Part shown: positions 1 to 18,781 of the stretch, piece after piece
Layout: each line of letters starts with the position of its first letter
Position numbering within the stretch: position 1 is the first letter of the stretch
DNA from: Ramazzottius varieornatus
Taxonomy: Eukaryota; Animalia; Tardigrada
Direction: 5' to 3'
Length of the DNA: 64,000 nucleotides
NCBI GenBank assembly: GCA_001949185.1
Contig: BDGG01000002.1
Coordinates: forward strand, 2,167,826 to 2,231,825
Notes under the pieces: generated by a model
The model's input: only the letters and a program-made list of their open reading frames with translations
What the model was told of the DNA's origin: nothing
Databases searched by the model: none
Position numbers and translations under genes: made by a program

Positions 1-433
1 GCAATCGATTCCTAGGAAATTTCAAGGGTACACCCGTGGTTCCCAGCTGAAATACCTCCACATGGGGGTTTTGCGTCACAAAAGATGCAAGTGCAGTTTC
101 GGGCTGTATGACGTTATTGTGATGTCTAATCTTTTCAGTTAGAAAATTAAAGCCCCATGAGGTCTTCCCTGACGTGGCTAACGAGCTACAGCATCCTGCT
201 CCCCGATGTTCCCTATAACACACACCGCTTCTAGTTGGAGTGTGCTCTTGAGGTCTCAAAACTCAGCAGTCGATTCCTGAACCCCGTCACCCGCGATCTC
301 CATTCTCAAAATTGGGCTGCCCATACACGAATGACGAAAAACTGTGGGACAGTAAAAATTATGGGACAGGCGGAAAGGACGGCAATACACTGTTGTTCGC
401 TCGTATTTCAGAGGAAGTATTATCGTAAAAGCT

Positions 434-1576
434 CAGTGTTGTATTTGGTTTCGGTCCTGAATTTGGTTACAGTTTAAGTCCGGACGAAAACAATTTGCTC
501 CTGAGCTGCGCAGTCTCAGTTCAAGCAATTCAGTTTGAGTCCCGACCATTTTACTTTTACTCTTTTCAAACACATTTTAGTCTTTTGAATTCCAGTTTTA
601 GGTCGTTTTAGTCTTCTCGAAATCATTTTAGTCTTCCAAATTTCATTTTAGTCCCGACATCGCGGTTTTGATTTTGATTCGGCTCAATTTTGTTCGTTTT
701 TTGAATTTGAGCTTCGAAATGAATATCGTCACGGTCGTCACCCACTGAGTGCCACTAGACCACAATGTGGACTATAACTGTTACGTGTCGGAAATAGGGA
801 ACGACCTTCATCCTAACAGGCCATGTGTCTAACCGACACCAAAGTCCATTTGTTATGCGAGTCTCGATGCGAAGGGGATTCCTCTGCTGGCTCTGGATCC
901 CACATTCCATAAAAAATCTCGTAGTTCAGGCAGCAGGTCCCGAGGATTATTTTATGGGTGCGTCATGTGACTGCGCAGGACTTTCGTGGAATGCCGTAGC
1001 TTGTTCCCAAAATGTAGAAAATGTGTCGAAAATATTCTTGTCCTGCACTGCAGGACAAGAATATTTCTACGCTGTCTTTTTCTCTTAGGTATTACGCTAG
1101 ATTACGCTGTACGACCAGCGTGGTTCAGCGTGGTACAGCCTAACCACGCTGCTTGGAGCTCTATCCTGCAGTAACCGAGTTGCAAAATTCCCCGCTAGAT
1201 TTAGATTTACTACCGTCTGGTACTTCGGGTGTGGATTTCCTCGTCTTGATGTTCTGGTCCTAGTCCCAGGTTTCGCATTTTAGTCTCTGGCTTTTGAATT
1301 TTCGTCCCGGCGTTTTAGTTTTAGTCCCAGGTTTGACATTTTAATCTTCCGATTCCGAATTATCGTCTCGCCATCTTAATTATCGTCTCACGCATTTCGG
1401 TTTTCGTCTCAGCTTTTCCGTTACAGTCTTTAACTTTTCAGTTTACGTCCCGCATTTCAGTTTTGCTATAGATGTTAGTCCCGAAACTAAAACTGTGACT
1501 GAAGGAAAGACTGAAGGAAAGACTGAAGGAAAGACTGAATCTATTTTCCTGTAGACGGTAACCAAATACAACACTG
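434..1576. mobile_element. Non-autonomous DNA transposon remnant (hAT-like TIRs)
   Basis: Perfect 17-bp inverted termini CAGTGTTGTATTTGGTT (434-450) and AACCAAATACAACACTG (1560-1576). Degenerate TTTTAGTC subterminal arrays at ~530-720 and ~1255-1480, and a 12-bp tandem GACTGAAGGAAA at ~1496-1538. No clear TSD. Confidence 0.55.
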
Positions 1577-3264
1577 TTATGGCCCTATCCCGATATAGCA
1601 GTTTATAGTAGATGTTTTGCCTGTTTTTTTCACGAGTTTCAGGCAACCGTATAGCTATCCAGACTTCGATCCTACCACTGTAAGTTGCGCATTCTCCCCT
1701 TCTTACAGGTTCGAAGTTGAATTTTGCTTACTGCCCTTGGTCAGACACCCGGAAAACTAAGTACGACTTTCAAGAGCAGGTCAAACTTCGAACTCAATTT
1801 TGTAGGAAATAAAAGTCGTACCAAATTCCAGCATGGCGATGGGCATAAAAGTTGATCGTAAGTTGGTGCTTTCTTCAATAAGATCATCAAACAGTTTACG
1901 AATGTTCCGTGGAAGTGAAACTTGAGTTCCAACTGTTGGGAAGTAAACCCTGTCCGAATAACGGTTTTCGTTTAACTAGCGTGTGGCTGACATTTCGTAG
2001 ACGAATCTCCAACTGTTCTCGTGCTACATCTCAAGCAAACATAGCTGCCCATTTTTGTTGGCCGCCTTTAATTGCTTTTGCGGAGGGAAGCTTCTCTGCT
2101 GATTTTGACACTGGTAGTGTGCAGCGAACGGTGAAAGTGAAAGACCGGATGGATGAGTAGCTAAAAGGTAAGGCTTGAGGCTCACGCGTGGTGGTGACAA
2201 GAGGTGTCATAGATCATCAGACCAAACGTACACCAGGTACATCTTCATCAGGAAAACCTTCTTGTTCGATAGACTTCAAAGTCAGGAAGCGAACTTGACA
2301 CTGTTGGTAGCTAGTGTCTGCCGAAGCAGCAGTAGCCGCATGTTGCAGCCCGATATCAGCGCGGTAATTATTTCTACTACGCTCTTGGACTGCACAGGTG
2401 GCTTTTACTGTCATCGCTTCACACTTACATTCTTTTGTCGACGCATGTGTTTTCGGTAATCTAATTTTCATTGTTATTACGAGGAACGTCAACCGGATTG
2501 ACTGCCTCAATTGCCCCATTTCTGACGTCTTCCGGATTTGAAGGCTGTCTGTCTGTCGATCCGCAGTTAACTGTTCGCCTATCAGTATTATGCTATAGTG
2601 GAAAATCGTTTATAGTCTTCCCGTTATATCAGCGTCTTTTGTTGAAATTCATTATAGAAGTATTTCGTACCGGCGGAAATGTTGTGGAAAATTTTACTGT
2701 GATTCCGAAGATCGTTAAAGGAGTCTCTTTGCATTACGCGGCGGTTGCTTCGACAGAGGATTGTATTCTGGTGGACATGAGACCTGTGGGAAAGGCACGC
2801 GAAGATCTTTTATCGGTTCGTAGCTTGCATATGCGCCAAAGCGAAACCAAAAAACGCTTCTCAATTTGCTTTTGTATTCCAAATTTTAAACTAACTTCAG
2901 TGTAAAAATCGAGGAATTTTGTCATCGGAAAGGTATGAAAGTGAGTGGAATTTTTGATCAAAAACGGTGTTGCGGCGGAAGATTTGTGACGATGGTAGGT
3001 CAATGGCCCTCTGCGACAATAACCTGTAAGATTGCGAAGGTGTACGTGCGAGGTAAAATTCTTGAACCAAAACGGCCAATCATATTTCCGTTACGCAGTG
3101 TGCGCACGCGTTGCAGCAGATCACTTGCTCACTTCACTGAATTCCATCAACTCTTCATCTGTCCGCTAAAAAGTTAATTAGTCGCTTGATCAATGAGGTG
3201 CGCTGCCTCTGTCTGGCTGACTAACTTCTTTGATGTCCTACAGGAACTATGGACGAACCTGCAG

Positions 3265-6200
3265 ATGGAGTTTCAGTCTTTGGCGGTAGAAGTTTATCGA
3301 GTGGGTCCCGAAGAACCATCAGTCGATGGCAGCTACCCGGAGGCACTTGACAATGTCCAGCAACGGGGACATCAAAGAACTTTCCGGGCTCCCGGTTGTT
3401 GCTGGCGGAAGTCTTGGTGTTCGGTCGTCCTGATCGTGCTACTAACGTGTTGGCTCCCCGTATGTAGCGCCTATCCCAGCATCACGCCGGAAGTAGAACC
3501 TGTACGGCAACTGCGTGCACATCGACCACTAGGGGGCTCTCAAGTCACCGTCAGTAAGTTGTCCTAAACCGAATAAACTGCAGACCACTGCAAACCTTAA
3601 CCGAAACAATCAACGTACAACCCAACCTGTACGACAGATGAATCGCCTGCTTCTCAAACTGTAACGGAAAGTTAGCTCACTATAGCTGGAAAATAGCTGG
3701 AGCTCACTATAGCTGGCGACCCATGATTTTTTTGGGACGGGGAGCTGGCCCCATACTAATATTTTATTTAATCGCGGTTCAAATATATCCACTGGAATCA
3801 GTACAATCATGTGATGTGCTGGGACACACCAACCCTATTTTTTATTTACAGTTGCTCGAAGTGACGGGCCGCCACTATGTCTCACCCAGCAGAGCGAAGT
3901 GGGTGTGTGCATGTACCTGAAGAGCTGCCTGGACATGAAGGGTCATCTGATGGGAACCTGTGCCAAGTCTTTCTTCTTCGCTTCCTGCTGCATCCTGCCC
4001 AACTCTACCCTCATGGCATCCCTCAACTCCTCCGCCAACCTTCCGCAACCAGTCTTCCCCATATTACCCGACCGCAACACCATCTCGGCACCACCGTTCT
4101 CCACCCTCTCTGCACCACCCTTTTCCACCTTCGTCAAGCCATTGTTCGTTCGGACCAAAACCACACCCAAGCCTGATCAATCCACCGCCACCACCACCAC
4201 CATCCCCACTATAGATACGGTTGTTACTACTGTAATCGCAGAAACAACTGACATACCGGAAACCGAGGTAAAATCAACCTGGCTCTAAACTAAAAGCACA
4301 CTTTATCGTGTTTCTCATCAGTTCGAATGCCGTCATGATTGAAATAGGCCCCTACTTTACTTGCAGCTTACCTCATCCGATCCATCCAGCAGACCTGAAG
4401 AACCTCAGCTCTCTACCTACACTTTCTCATCTGAAACCACAACCGAACCGACACCGGTGGATGGTCGTCGGAAGTACGCCGCGCTACTGCGACAACAAAA
4501 GACAAGCCCAACCACAGAAGCCACCGCAGAAACCACTACGGTACCGACCATTACCACTACAAAGACCACAACAGCAAGCACAAGTACAGAAAGTACCACA
4601 GTGGCCGCCACTACCATCAAGACGACGTTACCGACAGTCTCGACAACGGAAGAGACTGTTTCTCCATCGACGGATAGTGGGCAGATAGTGGATTTCAGCA
4701 TACCAAATTCGGTAAACAACAACATCACGGTGGTTCTGAACGTCTCTTCAGGGGACGTGACGATCCAGATCGAGGCACTGAAATCCACCACACCTTTGTT
4801 TGTCGTCAACTCGACGACAGTGTCGCCCTCTACCGCCACTCGTCTCGCGGTGACGACGGGAGGAAGTACCACGAGTGGGTCGGTCGATGTCAGCTTTGGT
4901 GATCTACTTGCGACGCTCATCGGCAACCTCACTGCTGGTATGCGCTTACCCGGTGCCGAAATACCCGAAACCACCACTGCAATGCCAACGACGATTGTAA
5001 CCATTCCTAGTACAATCAGTTCGACCACACCAGCTACCACCACCTCAAGCACCACGACAACCATGACGACCTCTACCACCTCGACGACAACGCCTAGTAC
5101 CACCACCACTCCGACTACAAGTACCACTTCTTCGACAACGACAACGGAACTGATTACCGTACCGACAACGATGTTACCTGTAACAGCGCGCTCCACGTTG
5201 CCCCCGCCGGATGCTGATGGACAGACACCCGTGACACTAAGTGACAGTAAGCTCTCGAAAGTGATGCCTGAAACTATTGTAGAGAAAGAGCTTAATTATG
5301 CCCGGGTACTCATGTCTGTCGATTTAACAGCCGAACCTCTTGCTGGAGCAATTGTCGAGCTCAGAGCCGACTAAATAATGTGACTATAAATATTCTCCTC
5401 TATTCCAGTTTGTGGTATTACCCCACTTCTATGGAGGCGAATAGTCGGCGGAGAAGAAACCAAGTTGGGCGAATTTCCCTGGCAGGTGTCCTTACGCCGC
5501 ATTGTCGGTTTCATTAGCTCACACCGATGTGGCGCCACCTTGGTTCATCCACGTTGGGTCCTGACAGCGGCGCATTGTGCTTCCGAGTAAGTCAATCTCC
5601 CCAGAAACTAAACACTAATTTCCAATCTTCATAAGCTTATGAATTATGATAGTATCCCGACGAACAAAATGATCGTCCGAATCGGCGAATGGGACTTCCG
5701 TGATGCCAACGATCCCAACGCCACATACCAGGCCATCGACATGCGCGTCAGCGAGCGCATCATCCATCCCAAGTTCAACTTCCTCACATTCGAGAACGAC
5801 CTGGCATTACTTCGGCTGACGGAACAAGTCAAATTAGCGCCGCATATCATCCCGGCATGCATAGCGCCTTACAAAAACTACACAGGCACACTCGGTACGT
5901 CCTTTCGCCTCAACCTCAATTTCTTTTGCCGCTGTGACAACAGCGACTTTGTCTTTAGGCACGATTACGGGTTGGGGAAGATTAGCTCAAGGTGAAGTAA
6001 ACCTTGCTGATGGCACGTACCTTAAAATACTGACTGAGTTAATGTACAGGTGGTGCTTTGCCTCCAGTTTTGCACAAGGTCGACGTTCCCTTCATCTCCA
6101 AGCACGACTGCGAGACTTGGTTTGACGCTGGGGACCGTCATCAGGACATTGAGTCGGTCTTCATCTGTGCTGGATTCAAGGACGGCGGAAGGGACGCTTG

Positions 6201-6536
6201 TCAGGTACAGTCCCTACTTTTTCTTTGCTCATGGTCGCTGTTGCCCTAGGCATGTATCGTGATTTTCTGTAGGGCGATTCAGGTGGGCCCATTGTACAGA
6301 AAGTGGACGGACGCTGGTCCATCGTTAGCGTCATCAGTTGGGGTATCGGCTGTGCCGAAGCCAACCTGCCAGGTGTCAGTACTTTGGTTCCGCTCTTTGA
6401 GGACTGGATCAAGGCTAGCACGAACGGGGACGTCTACATGCCGGACTTTTACTTGAAAAAGTACGGACCGCCGCCACCCATCACGCGGCTGCCCAAAGCC
6501 GGGCGGAGCTTTTCCATCACTCAGCTCCGGAAATAA
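3265..6536 (+). CDS. Stubble-like clip-domain serine protease (spliced)
   Basis: N-terminal hydrophobic segment ([14 protein letters not shown]), disulfide knot ([17 protein letters not shown]...[13 protein letters not shown]) and long Thr/Ser stem. Activation site RR|IVGG at ~5435; intact triad motifs TAAHC, DLALLRL and GDSGGP across GT-AG exons; stop at 6534-6536. Confidence 0.85.
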
Positions 6537-7118
6537 ATTTGTTTTACTTTTCGAGTTTTTTCGTTTTGAGGTTGAGTTTACGTTTCTGAGACATTGATGT
6601 TGATGTCGATATCCTATCCCGTTGTTTCATTTAGGTGTTTTGTACGTGCTTTTATTGCGAGTTGCAGGCAACTCGTTTCTGACCTAGATTTTGTTCACAT
6701 TGATCAGAATATACTTTTCTTCTGCCTATTGTATTTTGAGTTAGATAATTTCTTGTCTTGTTACGGGATACCATATGCTTACCGTGGGAAATCGTTCCTG
6801 GTGACTGACTGTGACAAGGGGACCATCTAACTTAGAAAGGGATGAAAAAACCACTGATCCCTAGCGACACTAAGTACCGAAGAACTGTGTTTGCCAGGTG
6901 GCACTAATAACGGTGAAGGCTGTTGAACGTAAACTGTCATTATTTGCGGGTATTGCCCGAGTTTTCCTCCCATTCGGCGTACACCTACTGTTCTCTCTTC
7001 TGCACTTCACAAATAATCATCTTGTGACGGTCTTTTTCTGTAATCATTCGTCATTAATCCTACACTCGCTGGGTAATCTGAAATTTAGCAGTATTCCGTA
7101 CGTGTGCTGTCACTTGGA

Positions 7119-9523
7119 ATGTTCAACCTTTCCTTTGCACTCTACTTGTCGGGAATACTTGCGGGAGGCAGATTTGATAAAGGGATAGTAACAATATTCA
7201 GCGGAGTGAAGCTTCATAGCGAGCACTTTCTGGCAGGAGGTGGTTTCGCGTATCGAGGTATCAAGTACGGCGTGGCAGGCCGATTCGAGCATGCCAGACC
7301 CAACGCTGACTTCTCCTATCTGGCGGACCCAAATCGTGTCAAGGGAGGCCACGTATGTCCGCAGTTCCAGACAAAATTCTCGGCAGACTCGCCTACAAGA
7401 ATCTTGAGTATGAGCGAAGACTGTCTATATTTGGATGTCTATGTACCACCATTACACAATTCAAAATCCGGCCCTCGGCCGGTGCTTTTCTGGATCTAGG
7501 GCGGAGGCTTCAAGAGTAAGGACGAATCATTCCCCACTAGCTAATTACTCTTGTTCACGTGCTGGTGCCTCAGTTTACATTTCTTCGACTTCGGCGGGCG
7601 ACAAGGACATACACAACGCAACGATTTTGGCAAAAGCTGTAGACGGTATCGTGGTCGCCGTCAACTATCGGACATCTGCGTTCGGTATGGATGGTTAGGA
7701 TCAGAGCTCACTAGAGCCAAAAAAATACCGTATTTGAAGCTCGCGGATTTGACTTCTCCTCTCTAAGCCTACGAGTCACAATTCGGCTGTATGACGTGTG
7801 CAGTGCGTGATAGGGTTTCTGAGCACGGGAGACGAGGTAGCGCCGGGAAACTGGGCAATCGGAGATCTGAAGCTGGCCTTGAACTGGACCATCCATAACG
7901 TTGCAGCCTTCGGCGGAGACCCAACCAAGATCACCATTTTCGGGGAAAGTTCCGGTGGCGTGTTAACTTCGGCCTTACTGCTGGACGAGAATGTTTCGCG
8001 TGAGTTTTAGCCGCGACGAAAGGTAGTGATGTAGTCGATCGGTTTAAGAATCCTGCTTTCTGGATGCAGAAAAAGTCAAAGGGGGCATCGCGTTCAGTGG
8101 CAGTATACTGGCTGGATGGGCAGTGATAAAAAGCCCCAAAGTCGGGACACTGATGTTAGCTGGCAATTTAGGCTGTCCCAACACCACCTCGGCTGAAGCG
8201 GTCTCTTGCTTGAAAGCTTTGCCATACGAAACGCTTCTCAACGGAACACTCCCACTCGAAAAAGGAGTTGGTCTAGCTAGAAAAGCTCTTGAAGAACTTG
8301 ACACCTGTAGTCCCAAGACGTCGGCGCGGTCGTTGCTGATTCTGACGCTTCCGCTCACAAGTTTTTGTTGTAATTTACAGACGGACATAGCCACTCTGAC
8401 GATGTATTAAGCTCCCGTCGCGGATGGTCTGCATCTTACGAAGCTACCGGAAGATATCCTGCGAGCTCGAGCTGGCGCACCTGATAAGTCTTCGGAGAAG
8501 AAGCGCGCTAATATCGTATCGGGCTATTTGAGGGAAGATGCCGCTCTGTACACATTGAGTAGGTTCTTGGTTCTGTCGATGTGTTCAAGACTTTCCTGCA
8601 GTTGGCGGAAAGTGCAGTCCAGTCTACCGTCTTGTTTTGTAGTTGCTGCCCGCAGCTCTTGTCGAACAACTTCACGCACGCCTATTCTTCGGCTTTGGGA
8701 ATGCTAACGATGTTCATCATCGGTTTAACAAATGGTCGATGTCCACCTCCACAAGCGGCAGCTAATGCCAAAGCCGCCTTTAACTTTTACGATATTTCTG
8801 GCAACGTATCGTCAGACGAAGCACTAAATGCTTACCACCGAGTCCGCTCCTCATCTTCTTGTCAGGTTTCCCTTGTATATCCCACGGTATTTGGCAGCTG
8901 GTTGTGTTTTTGCAGCTTGCATCAGACTTGATGTTTGGCGTATCCGCGATGAAAGAATCCATGCTATACGCCCACATCTCCGATGATGCAAATCAAATGT
9001 TCCTGATTTCCTACGACATTGAATTCAAACGGATGGGTAAAACACCACTTGTTTCTCGTATTCCGAATACTGAATACTCGTACAATTCTATACAGCAGAA
9101 AGTTGCAATATTATTTGCTTCTTAATCATATTAATAGGTGCCTTTCATTGCATGCAAATTCATCACCTCTTTCGCGGTTCTTGCCATGCATTTCTGAAAG
9201 CCATTGCAAGTGAGGCGGTGTCCGAGGCCTTGACCGACCACGTCCATCTGATTGTATATACCGGGTCAGCTTGTTACATGGATACATCATACATGTAACA
9301 GTAATAGCGTTCCTCATGTGCACCTCATGGGGTGACTGATATTTACCTTGAGTGGCTAATGTCCTGTAGTTCTTGTTGTTACAGACGATACGAAGGACCC
9401 TATTTTGGGCAGGAAGGACACTACCACGAGTTAACTCAAGATGGCAACTTTGTCAACAAGAAAGCCGATTTCGCGGCCAAAGTCCGCCTCTTGGAAGATT
9501 TGCTCAGCTGCGGAGCGGGCTGA
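7119..9523 (+). pseudogene. Type-B carboxylesterase with in-frame stop codons
   Basis: Motifs SEDCLYLDVY, VNYR, GGDPTKITIFGESSGG and PVADG. TAG (7497-7499) falls inside WI*GGGF and TAA (8408-8410) inside MY*APVADG. Splice phase also appears inconsistent at ~8559/8643. Confidence 0.75.
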
Positions 9524-10249
9524 CACTTGGACAGGCTCACCTAGACGCCTTTAGCAAATTCATTTGGGAAGGGATTAGAAAAAATCAGCTCTTATGCTTC
9601 ATGCTTGCTATCGTACTACTACATTCCCTCTTTCAATCCGCATTAAAGAGGAAACAGAGCAGCTATACTCACGTTAATTGCTCTCAGATGTCGTCGACAG
9701 CTAGCCTAGGTTCTGGAAATCCTTGTCCGCAAATCACACCGAGATAGCATCGACATTGGACAGTCTTATTTTGGTTTACTTTCATGTACTGTACATTTGC
9801 GAGGGTGCACTAGAATGGCCATCAAGGTCCCACTCCGGCTCACTCATTCGGTGCTTAGGCCTCAGATGAGAGACGGGACCTCTGCAGGTACCGGTACTCG
9901 TTCGCAGATAATTGTCTGCGAACGAGAACGAGTAATAAAAACAGAATAGCTCACGACTTATCCACCATCGATCATACTGTTGACAAAGGTACACACAAGC
10001 CCACCTTACGAAGCAACGTTCACACCGGGGGTTAAAAAATTAAGCGAAACTCCCGCACTGACTGCGTACTATTGGCAGTCGACTGCAAGATGGCAGGAAG
10101 GATTATATTTGAATTGTTAAATATGGAATGGAAACAGGATGAAATGAAGGAAGGTAGGTAGTTGTATGTAGTACACACAGGAAGGGTCGGTTAAGAATGG
10201 AAAAAGAGCACCGGCTGTATCACAAGTGAAAGGGGGGAGTGGTGGAGTC

Positions 10250-17018
<6,769 letters not shown>

Positions 17019-18781
17019 GGCGGCAAGCAGGATATGTCATGCTGACGACGCCAGGGTGCAGCTTCAACAGAACGATAAAACCCTGCAGAAATAAAAACAA
17101 TAGCTTCATCGAGTCAATCATCAATCAACACATACAACAAGCGTGAAGGGAAATACTTCGGAATTTTGTTTCCCAATTCTTCACAAACCTTCAAAGGTTC
17201 TCTCGCTGCTCGCAAATCTTCTATCCCTTGTCCCTGTGAACACAGAAGGATAGTTACGAAATCGAGGGAGGCCTGGAAAGCCAAACGCCTCAAAACGACG
17301 AAATGGAGCTGGAATGCTACACTGGTAACTGATAAGATATGAATTCTCATATAAAACTTCGACGTACCGTGAAGGAGGTTTCCCCGGACTTCTTGTTCGG
17401 CTCGTCGTCCTCCCGATGGTATTGCAGTTGCTCTGACAGAATGTCAGAGTTTTGTACCTTGGCAGTCACAGGAGCTGTTCAACTTTTGAGAATCTTTTTC
17501 GAAGAAAAACGAGCGAAGTACAGTAGACGATGAGATCTTGATTCTTGAAAATGAGAAAAGCAATGTCCTCTTGATTTGATTGGGCTAATGCAGGGTTCTG
17601 CTCGACCACCAGCCTGCATATCACGAAACCAGTCAACCGTATCAAGGGCTCCCAAATTACGGTGGTTATCACGTGGTCGAGAGGCTCAAAAGCATCGATT
17701 TGTAACACGTGGTTTGTCCCTCTCATTTCGATACAGACTTGCCAGACGCAGTCAGCAAGAAAGTTGGCAGTGGCAGCTGGCCAAGATTTCTTTACGACTT
17801 GCATGATGGCTGTAACCTGGACCGATCACAAGCGCGATGACAAATTCGTTCAGAAGGCTCAGTAGGTTCACAGCCCATGCATCGATCGTGCTAAGGGAAG
17901 AGTAGGAGTACTTGAGGCTCAAGGATACAGCGGAGCCCGATGAGATCGGGATGTGTGTCAGCACAGGGCCGGGCTTCTGATCAGAGAGGGAATTGGACGG
18001 TTTGCAGTGGTGGTGGTGTTTTGGTATAAATATTCCATCATGGCAAATTAAAAGGTATATTCCTACATCTTATATTTTATCCTTTTGTGCAGTAGCCATA
18101 TCCTCCTGTATTGTTATCGCCATTTTATCCCAACAAGTTGCGGCAACTTGTCCAGTCTTGTTTGCACCTAGCCATAACATCGTTGCGGCCACTTTTGTTT
18201 TGATATCTTGTGCAATTCGTAACACCTTTCTTTCCAGCTTCTGTACAGGATACCCCCATTCCAACTATCCCACCAATTCCAGCAGTCTACTCTTTCGGTA
18301 AGCACATCTAAACCTGCTTGCCTTTTAGGTTGGGCCGGTGAAGAAAGGAAAGCAATCGGGGGAGTGTAAGGCGAGATATGCCATTTTGACGGCGGCTGTA
18401 TTATGGGTTCTAACTGTGTTATTGTTTTCTCCAGATTAATTCGTCGGCACACTGACCTTCAAATTCTACCCACTACTACTCCACGCTGGTGTCTTCGTTA
18501 CATCTGTAAATTATCGACTCAATATTCGTAAGTTCCATTTTGTGAAGGAAAGATGCGAGTGAGATGTTCTGTACCCGCTAGATCCGGCTCCTTTGTTATG
18601 CATGTATTGTGGTTCGGTTGATTGGTTGACGGCCGATGAGCCGCAGTGATCTGGGGTTTGGTTGACCGCAGGGTGGATTTTGAGTGTGTTGTGGTCTGTA
18701 AATGGGCGCCTAACGACCCACCAAAACTGCATTCCATTAGTTGCCTTCCTGACTTTTATCGCCATTTTCCTTCTTCAGAAT

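Noticed and set aside
1494-1540. Short direct repeats as a CRISPR-like array
   Set aside because: Simple 12-bp tandem with no spacers, inside a eukaryotic transposon end.
1640-3190. Several 60-140 aa ORFs upstream of the clip protease
   Set aside because: Overlapping, mostly non-ATG starts and no domain signal; likely promoter or 5'UTR intron sequence.
4417-5196. 259-aa Val-rich minus-strand ORF
   Set aside because: Antisense shadow of the Thr-rich (ACN) stem of the clip protease.
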